A stretch of DNA of 64,000 nt from Clostridia bacterium. Its GTDB lineage: Bacteria; Bacillota; Clostridia; RGIG6154. The DNA is taken from the NCBI GenBank assembly GCA_045589295.1, contig JAZNOU010000002.1, positions 32,001 through 96,000 of the forward strand, given 5' to 3'. The position numbers and the translations under genes are program-made. The first letter of the stretch is position 1; each line of letters starts with the position of its first letter. The notes below the pieces were generated by a model, which was not told the origin of the DNA, did no database searches, and saw only the letters and a list, made by a program, of their open reading frames with translations. Positions 57,900-64,000 of this stretch are shown here, one piece after another.

Positions 57900-60427
57900 A
57901 AAAATTTGATTTTGACGGCATTTTAAAAAGTCCTAGAATTGACCGTTTGATTGATAATTTGTTTGTGAAAATGCCGGAAATTGAAGCAGAACGTGCGGTG
58001 CTTCTTACCGAGTCCTATAAGCAGACTGAAGGAGAACCAATTATTTTAAGACGTGCAAAAGCATTTAAAAATATCTGCGAAAAGCTTCCGCTTACAATTC
58101 GTGATGAAGAACTTATCGTAGGTGCTGCAACAAAAGTTGCACGTGGTTGTCAGGTGTTTCCTGAGTATTCTTTTGAATGGCTTGAAGAGGAGTTTGATAC
58201 AGTAGAAACAAGATCTGCAGACCCTTTCCACATTTCTGAAGAAACAAAAGCAACTTTAAAAGAAGTGTATAAGTACTGGAGAGGAAAAACCACCAGCGAT
58301 CTTGCTACTTCATATATGTCGTCTGCGGCATTAAAGGCAATTGAGCACAATATCTTTACACCCGGGAATTATTTTTACAATGGTGTAGGTCACGTTACAG
58401 TTGATTATAAGAAAGTTCTTGAAGTAGGTTACAAGGGCATTATGGCAGAGGCTAAAAAGGCTTTGGCAGAATGTGATGTTGCGCAGTCTGATTATGCATC
58501 AAGAAGTGCATTTTTAGAAGCAGTAATTATAAGCTGCGAGGCAGCAATTACCTTTGCAAAAAGATATTCAGAATATGCTTATCAGCTTGCACAGAATACC
58601 GCAGATGCTACAAGAAAACAGGAACTTTTAATAATTTCAGAAAACTGCGCAAATGTTCCTGAAAATGGTGCAAAATCATTCTATGAGGCTTGTCAGTCAT
58701 TCTGGTTTGTTCAGCTTCTTATTCAGACAGAATCAAGCGGGCACTCAATTTCACCTGGTCGTTTTGACCAGTATATGTATCCTTATTATAAAAAGGATAT
58801 TGATGCAGGCAAAATCACAAAGGAGTTTGCTCAAGAGCTTATTGATTGTGTTTGGGTTAAACTCAACGACTTCACAAAGGTAAGAGATAAAGCATCGGCA
58901 GAAGGTTTTGCAGGCTACAGTTTGTTTCAGAACCTGATTGCAGGCGGTCAGACTCCTGACGGAAGAGATGCCACAAACGACCTTTCATTCATGACAATTG
59001 AAGCAACTATGCATGTGCTTTTGCCACAGCCGTCGTTCTCTGTAAGGGTATGGAACGGAACTCCGCATGAATTTATGATTAAAGCGGGTGAACTTACAAG
59101 AACAGGTGTTGGTCTTCCTGCTTATTATAACGACGAAGTTATTATTCCTGCTTTAGTAAACCGCGGTCTTACTTTAGAAGATGCAAGAAACTACAACATC
59201 ATCGGTTGTGTTGAGCCTCAGTGTCCTGGCAAGACAGATGGATGGCATGATGCAGCGTTTTTTAATATGTGTAGAATTGTAGAGCTTGTTTTCTCAAACG
59301 GTGTTGATGAAGGTGAGAAAATAAGCGTTGACACAGGGAATGTTGAAGACTTTAAAACATTTGAAGAATTTTTTGATGCTTACAAAGCTCATATGAATTA
59401 TATGATAAAGCTTATGGTTAACGCAGACAATGCTATTGATATGGCACATATGAACCGTTGTCCGTTGCCATTCCAGTCATGTATGGTGGCTGACTGTATC
59501 GGCAGAGGCAAATCAATGCAGGAAGGTGGCGCGATTTACAACTTTACAGGTCCGCAAGGATTTGGTATTGCTAATATGGCAGATGCTCTTTATGCAATTA
59601 AAAAGCTTGTATTTGATGAAAAGAAAATTACTTTGGCTGAATTTAAAGAGGCTTTAAAAGATAACTACGGAAGAAGCACAGACGAAAAGCAGGCTATGAG
59701 CATTACAACTGAAATTGTGAGACAGATTGTATCTGCAGGTCAGACAGTTTCTGAAGAAAAAATTGCTGAAATTTACAAAATGGTTGCCGCAAGTGGTGGC
59801 GTAAGCGAAGAGAAAAAAGCAAAATATGATAAGCTTCTTGAGATGATTGATGCACTTCCTAAGTTTGGTAATGACAACAGTGAAGTAGATGCTTTAGCGA
59901 GAGAAGTTGCTTATACATATACAAAGCCATTGGAACAGTATAAAAATCCAAGAGGCGGAAGCTATCAGGCGGGATTATATCCTGTGTCTGCTAACGTTCC
60001 GCTTGGCGCACAGACAGGGGCAACTCCTGACGGAAGGTTTGCTTGTACCCCTGTGGCAGATGGTGTATCGCCTTGTGCAGGCAGGGATGTCAACGGACCT
60101 ACTGCGGCTGCAAACTCTGTTTCAAAGCTTGACCACTTTATTGCATCAAACGGAACGTTATTTAATATGAAGTTCCATCCGTCAGCTTTAAAAGGAAGAG
60201 CGGGTCTTGAGAGCTTTGTTTCGCTTATCAGAGCCTACTTTGACCAGAAAGGCAGTCACATGCAGTTTAACGTTGTAAGCCGTGAAACACTTCGCGATGC
60301 ACAGAAGAATCCTGAAAAGTATAAGAGCTTGGTTGTTCGTGTTGCGGGATATTCTGCACTGTTTACAACACTTTCAAAATCACTTCAGGATGATATTATT
60401 AACAGAACTGAACAAGGTGGATTTTAA
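57896..60427 (+). CDS. glycyl radical enzyme, 1,2-propanediol dehydratase type
   Basis: GVGH, SGHS, Cys loop GCVEP, WHDA, LYPVSAN, glycyl motif RVAGYS; microcompartment and aldolase context. Confidence 0.85.
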   Translation: MKKFDFDGILKSPRIDRLIDNLFVKMPEIEAERAVLLTESYKQTEGEPIILRRAKAFKNICEKLPLTIRDEELIVGAATKVARGCQVFPEYSFEWLEEEFDTVETRSADPFHISEETKATLKEVYKYWRGKTTSDLATSYMSSAALKAIEHNIFTPGNYFYNGVGHVTVDYKKVLEVGYKGIMAEAKKALAECDVAQSDYASRSAFLEAVIISCEAAITFAKRYSEYAYQLAQNTADATRKQELLIISENCANVPENGAKSFYEACQSFWFVQLLIQTESSGHSISPGRFDQYMYPYYKKDIDAGKITKEFAQELIDCVWVKLNDFTKVRDKASAEGFAGYSLFQNLIAGGQTPDGRDATNDLSFMTIEATMHVLLPQPSFSVRVWNGTPHEFMIKAGELTRTGVGLPAYYNDEVIIPALVNRGLTLEDARNYNIIGCVEPQCPGKTDGWHDAAFFNMCRIVELVFSNGVDEGEKISVDTGNVEDFKTFEEFFDAYKAHMNYMIKLMVNADNAIDMAHMNRCPLPFQSCMVADCIGRGKSMQEGGAIYNFTGPQGFGIANMADALYAIKKLVFDEKKITLAEFKEALKDNYGRSTDEKQAMSITTEIVRQIVSAGQTVSEEKIAEIYKMVAASGGVSEEKKAKYDKLLEMIDALPKFGNDNSEVDALAREVAYTYTKPLEQYKNPRGGSYQAGLYPVSANVPLGAQTGATPDGRFACTPVADGVSPCAGRDVNGPTAAANSVSKLDHFIASNGTLFNMKFHPSALKGRAGLESFVSLIRAYFDQKGSHMQFNVVSRETLRDAQKNPEKYKSLVVRVAGYSALFTTLSKSLQDDIINRTEQGGF

Positions 60428-61218
60428 TGGATAAGGATTTTTACAATGTAAAAGGGCGAATTTTTGACATTCAGAAATTTTCGGTTCATGATGGTCCTGG
60501 TATAAGAAGCATTGTGTTTTTAAAAGGCTGTGCGCTAAGGTGCAAATGGTGTTGCAATCCTGAGTCTCAAAGTTATGACATACAGCAGATGAATATGGAT
60601 GGTAAAATTAAAACCGTGGGACGTGATGTTACTGTAGCAGAAGTAATGGATGAAGTGCTAAAAGACTTCCCTTATTTCAGACGTTCGGGTGGAGGAATAA
60701 CTCTTTCTGGCGGCGAGTGTTTGCTTCAACCTGACTTTTCGGTGGCTCTTCTAAAGGCAGCAAAGTACAACGGAATTTCTACAGCTATTGAGTCTACTGG
60801 GTTTGCTAAATATGAGGTTATTGAAAAATTGCTTCCTTATTTAGATGTTTATTTGATGGATATAAAACATATGAACAGTGAAAAACACAGGCTTTTTACA
60901 AGTCAACCAAATGAACGGATTTTGGAAAATGCGGTGAAAATAGCACAGAATGCAAAAAAACTTATAATAAGAGTTCCGGTTATTCCGACGTTTAATGATA
61001 CCGTTGAAGAAATAACTGATATTGCAAGATTTGCAAAAAGTCTTAAAAATGTTGATGAAATTCATCTTCTTCCTTACCATAGATATGGAACAGACAAGTA
61101 CAAGTGGCTTGGAAGAAAGTATGAACTTGAAAACATCACTTCGCCGACCGATGAAAAAATGCAGGAGCTTTTAAGAGCAGCAGAAGCTGTAGGGTTAAAT
61201 GCTCAGATAGGAGGGTAA
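60427..61218 (+). CDS. glycyl-radical activating enzyme (radical SAM, no ferredoxin insert)
   Basis: HDGPGIR..VFLKGC.LRC.WC.NPES, TLSGGE, LLPYH. Confidence 0.93.
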   Translation: MDKDFYNVKGRIFDIQKFSVHDGPGIRSIVFLKGCALRCKWCCNPESQSYDIQQMNMDGKIKTVGRDVTVAEVMDEVLKDFPYFRRSGGGITLSGGECLLQPDFSVALLKAAKYNGISTAIESTGFAKYEVIEKLLPYLDVYLMDIKHMNSEKHRLFTSQPNERILENAVKIAQNAKKLIIRVPVIPTFNDTVEEITDIARFAKSLKNVDEIHLLPYHRYGTDKYKWLGRKYELENITSPTDEKMQELLRAAEAVGLNAQIGG

Positions 61219-61219
61219 T

Positions 61220-61588
61220 ATGCAGGATATTTCAATGCAGGATAAAATGAGAATAGTGCAAGAGCTTGTTCCGGGTAAGCAGATTACTCTTGCACATATT
61301 ATTGCAAATCCGGATCAGGTTTTGTATAAAAAATTAGGACTTGACCCTCAGGTTGAGTATTCAAAATCGGCAATTGGAATTATTACACTTTCGCCAAGTG
61401 AAACTGCAATTATAGCAGGTGATATTGCGATAAAGGCGTCAGGAGCAGAGCTTGGATTTGTTGACCGCTTCAGCGGAACACTTATCACAACAGGAACTGT
61501 ATCTGAGGTAGAGGCTTCGATGAACGCAATTTGTGATTATTGCAAAAACAAGCTTGGTTTTACAATTTGTGAAATAACAAAGACCTGA
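61220..61588 (+). CDS. pduU: BMC shell protein, permuted (PduU/EutS type)
   Basis: RIVQE.VPGKQITLAHIIA.P, AIGI.T.SP.E.AIIAGD.A.K, GF.DRFSG. Confidence 0.9.
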   Translation: MQDISMQDKMRIVQELVPGKQITLAHIIANPDQVLYKKLGLDPQVEYSKSAIGIITLSPSETAIIAGDIAIKASGAELGFVDRFSGTLITTGTVSEVEASMNAICDYCKNKLGFTICEITKT

Positions 61589-61607
61589 TTTTCTGGAGGG
61601 GTTTTAC

Positions 61608-62033
61608 ATTAAAAGAATAATTTTTATGGGCAGAACCGGCAGCGGAAAAACATCAATTACGCAGGCGCTTAAAAAACAGCCTGTAAAGTATAAAAAGACT
61701 CAGTACATAAATTATTATGAAGCAATTATTGATACTCCGGGTGAATATGCCGAAAATGCTCACTTAGGAAGGGCACTTGCTCTTTATTCTTATGAGGCAG
61801 ATGTTGTTGGACTTTTGCTTTCTGCAACAGAAGAATATTCGCTTTTCCCGCCAAACATTACTTGCCTTGTAAATCGAGAGGTTGTAGGAATTGTGACAAA
61901 AATTGATAAACAAAATGCAAATCCTGACAGGGCAAAAAAATGGCTTGAGCTTACAGGATGCAAAAAAATATTTTTTGTAAGTTCAAAAACTGGTGAGGGA
62001 ATAGAAGAATTGACTAATTATTTGTCAAAATGA
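61608..62033 (+). CDS. pduV: EutP/PduV small GTPase; probable ATT start
   Basis: (M)KRIIFMGRTGSGKT, Y.KTQ, IDTPGEY, TKID. Confidence 0.85.
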   Translation: MKRIIFMGRTGSGKTSITQALKKQPVKYKKTQYINYYEAIIDTPGEYAENAHLGRALALYSYEADVVGLLLSATEEYSLFPPNITCLVNREVVGIVTKIDKQNANPDRAKKWLELTGCKKIFFVSSKTGEGIEELTNYLSK

Positions 62034-62084
62034 AAATAAAACCACAAAAAACCACAAAAAAATTAAAAAAACAACATATTTTTG

Positions 62085-62113
62085 TTGACAAAACAAAGAA
62101 AAAGTGGTACTAT
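62085..62113 (+). promoter_or_regulatory. sigma-A promoter for the aldolase operon
   Basis: TTGACA-17 bp-TACTAT with extended TG. Confidence 0.7.
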
Positions 62114-62175
62114 TATATTGTAAACAAATATATTCAAACATAATATACAATTTCAAGAGAAAAGGAGAATAGATT

Positions 62176-62988
62176 ATGACTTCAGAATTTGAAATCAAAA
62201 AACAAATTTGTGACATCGGTAAGAGAATTTACAACAGAGGCATGGTTGCTGCAAATGACGGTAACATTTCTGTTAAGCTTTCCGACAATGAATTTTTGTG
62301 CACACCTACAGGTGTAAGTAAGGGCTTTATGACACCCGAGTACATCTGTAAAGTTGACAGAGACGGTAATGTTATCCAGGCAAATGGTAACTTTAAGCCT
62401 TCTTCTGAAATCAAAATGCACATGAGAGTTTATCAGCAGAGACCTGATGTAAAAAGTGTTGTTCACGCACATCCTATTTACGCAACAAGTTTTGCTATTG
62501 CAGGCATTCCGCTTACACAGCCTATTATGCCTGAAGCAGTTATTGCACTTGGTTGCGTTCCGATTGCTGAGTACGGCACACCTTCTACAATGGAAATTCC
62601 TGATGCTGTAGAAAAATACTTGCAGTATTATGATGCAGTGCTCTTGGCTAACCATGGTGCACTTGCATATTCTGATAGCTTACTTGCAGCATATCACAAG
62701 ATGGAATCTTTGGAATTTTATGCAGAGCTTCTCTTTAAAGCAAAACAGCTTGGTGGCCCAAAAGAATTGTCAGAAGAACAGGTTCAGAGACTTTACGAAA
62801 TCAGAAGACAGTTCGGTATGACAGGTAAACATCCTGCAGACCTCTGCCCAAATGCTAAAGACGGAAAAACAAGCTGCCATTCATGCGGCGGACACTGCGG
62901 CGGACACAAAGCTGCTACAATAAGCGGGGCAGATGCTGATTTGGTTGCATCAATTACAAAAAGAGTAATGGAACAGCTTGGCAAATAA
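62176..62988 (+). CDS. class II aldolase (fuculose/rhamnulose-1-P aldolase type) with C-terminal encapsulation peptide
   Basis: GNIS, TPTG.SK, PSSE..MH, VHAHP, NHG; tail DLVASITKRVMEQL. Confidence 0.9.
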   Translation: MTSEFEIKKQICDIGKRIYNRGMVAANDGNISVKLSDNEFLCTPTGVSKGFMTPEYICKVDRDGNVIQANGNFKPSSEIKMHMRVYQQRPDVKSVVHAHPIYATSFAIAGIPLTQPIMPEAVIALGCVPIAEYGTPSTMEIPDAVEKYLQYYDAVLLANHGALAYSDSLLAAYHKMESLEFYAELLFKAKQLGGPKELSEEQVQRLYEIRRQFGMTGKHPADLCPNAKDGKTSCHSCGGHCGGHKAATISGADADLVASITKRVMEQLGK

Positions 62989-63012
62989 TTGCACTTTGAA
63001 AGGAGCAGTTAT

Positions 63013-63486
63013 ATGAATGAGCAAAATATTTCTTCTTTGGTAGCTGCTGCAATTAAAGACGTGATTTTAAACTCTTCTTCCGAAATGAATCTCGACAAGG
63101 CTAAGAAGCTTGCTTTAATTGTTGAAAACGAAGCAAAAAGGATTGGGGTTAAGGCAGTGGTTGCAATTTCCAATTCGGGAGCAAGACCTGTTTTGGTTGA
63201 GTGTATGGATGATTCTTATATAGCAAGTTATGATGTTGCTTTTAACAAAGCCTACACTGTAGTTGCACTCAAAATGCCAACTTCAAAGCTTAAAACTTTG
63301 AGCCAGCCCAACCAACCACTTTACGGTATACAATTTACTAATCAAGGACAGATTGTTATTTTCGGCGGTGGTGAGCCACTTTATAAAGATGGTAAGATAG
63401 TTGGAGGCCTTGGGGTAAGCGGCGGAACCGAAGAACAAGATACCTACCTTGCTGAGTTTGGTGCTAAAGCATGGGAGGAACTTTAA
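63013..63486 (+). CDS. GlcG/HbpS (PduO C-terminal-like) heme-binding protein with N-terminal encapsulation-like helix
   Basis: A..KAYT, FGGG.PL..DG..VG.LGVSGG..EQD; ATG 63013 after AGGAG. Confidence 0.85.
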   Translation: MNEQNISSLVAAAIKDVILNSSSEMNLDKAKKLALIVENEAKRIGVKAVVAISNSGARPVLVECMDDSYIASYDVAFNKAYTVVALKMPTSKLKTLSQPNQPLYGIQFTNQGQIVIFGGGEPLYKDGKIVGGLGVSGGTEEQDTYLAEFGAKAWEEL

Positions 63487-63487
63487 A

Positions 63488-64000
63488 ATGACCGAACTAA
63501 AGAAAAAAGCTCTTGAAATTGCAAAGAGCAAATCCAGTACGGTTGTTGAAGTTTTTAGAGAAGAAAAACAAGAGTTTATTTATTATCTTATTGAAAACGG
63601 CGGATATTTCGCAAATGATAATGAGATAAAAAGGCTTGAAACACATGCAGTTACAAAAGCTGACAATTTAAATGCTGTGTTGTTTAAAATGAAAGCAATT
63701 ACAGCATACGACCACAAGTTTATAATTTATGATGCCGACAAGGCATATTTAGACGGGTTTAATGTTCCAATGGTTGGAATTAAAACCTTAAAAAAAGAAA
63801 AAAGGAGCGCTGAAATGGATATTAATCAGGATAAAATTCAGGCAATAGTTCAGCAGGTTCTGTCCGAAATGGGAGGAAATGCAAAGCCGGCTCCAAAGGC
63901 AACAGGTGGCGCAATCCCCAAAACAAGCAGGGCGGCAATGCTCACAAAGCTTGAAAATTACGAAATAAAAGAGTTCCCTATTCCTGAGCTTGGCGACGAT
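63488..64000 (+). CDS. probable zinc-dependent alcohol dehydrogenase (truncated by window end); main start 63815, in-frame upstream start 63488
   Basis: From 63815: MDINQDKIQAIVQQVLSEM (encapsulation peptide), then IPKTSRAAML..LENYEIKEFPIPELGDD, a typical MDR N-terminus; frame is open from 63488. Confidence 0.65.
   Translation, partial: MTELKKKALEIAKSKSSTVVEVFREEKQEFIYYLIENGGYFANDNEIKRLETHAVTKADNLNAVLFKMKAITAYDHKFIIYDADKAYLDGFNVPMVGIKTLKKEKRSAEMDINQDKIQAIVQQVLSEMGGNAKPAPKATGGAIPKTSRAAMLTKLENYEIKEFPIPELGDD

Noticed and set aside
57896-60427. Pyruvate formate-lyase or choline TMA-lyase identity
   Set aside because: No CC motif of PFL; His residues in GVGH/SGHS, YPVS and the aldolase context fit a diol dehydratase better than CutC

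Overview
Core chromosomal segment of a low-GC, spore-forming Clostridia (Firmicutes) bacterium. It has about 65 CDS and 7 intact tRNAs (Ser-TGA, Ser-GCT, Val-TAC, Met-CAT, Glu-CTC, Tyr-GTA, Thr-TGT). Housekeeping genes include alaS, mtaB, ftsEX with an EnvC-like protein and CtpA, lgt, murC, hom-lysC, rlmB, ychF, rpsU, aroE/K/Q and efp. Sporulation genes are a spoIIQ-like M23 peptidase, spoVT, sigG and dpaAB. There is an acyl-CoA ligase-iorAB-paaK-ACT cluster. The right end carries a glycyl-radical microcompartment locus of the fucose/rhamnose (GRM5) type, with a propanediol dehydratase-like enzyme; it runs off the window. No integrase, transposase or CRISPR array was seen. The most notable signals are: (1) a duplicated, degenerate tRNA-Glu 5' half whose T-arm is replaced by a ~133-nt element of three hairpins with three tandem G.A motifs and an inverted T-arm copy; (2) two single genes, each flanked by duplicated copies of a tRNA terminator; (3) a full-length P-type ATPase homolog that has lost all catalytic motifs, alongside other intact but degenerate proteins (atypical orphan response regulator, S24-like repressor, GH18-like protein); (4) translational oddities: an internal start in lysC, a likely ATT start in pduV/eutP, and a dual-start microcompartment dehydrogenase with a 109-aa in-frame extension. 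All calls come from reading motifs by eye; no database searches were run.
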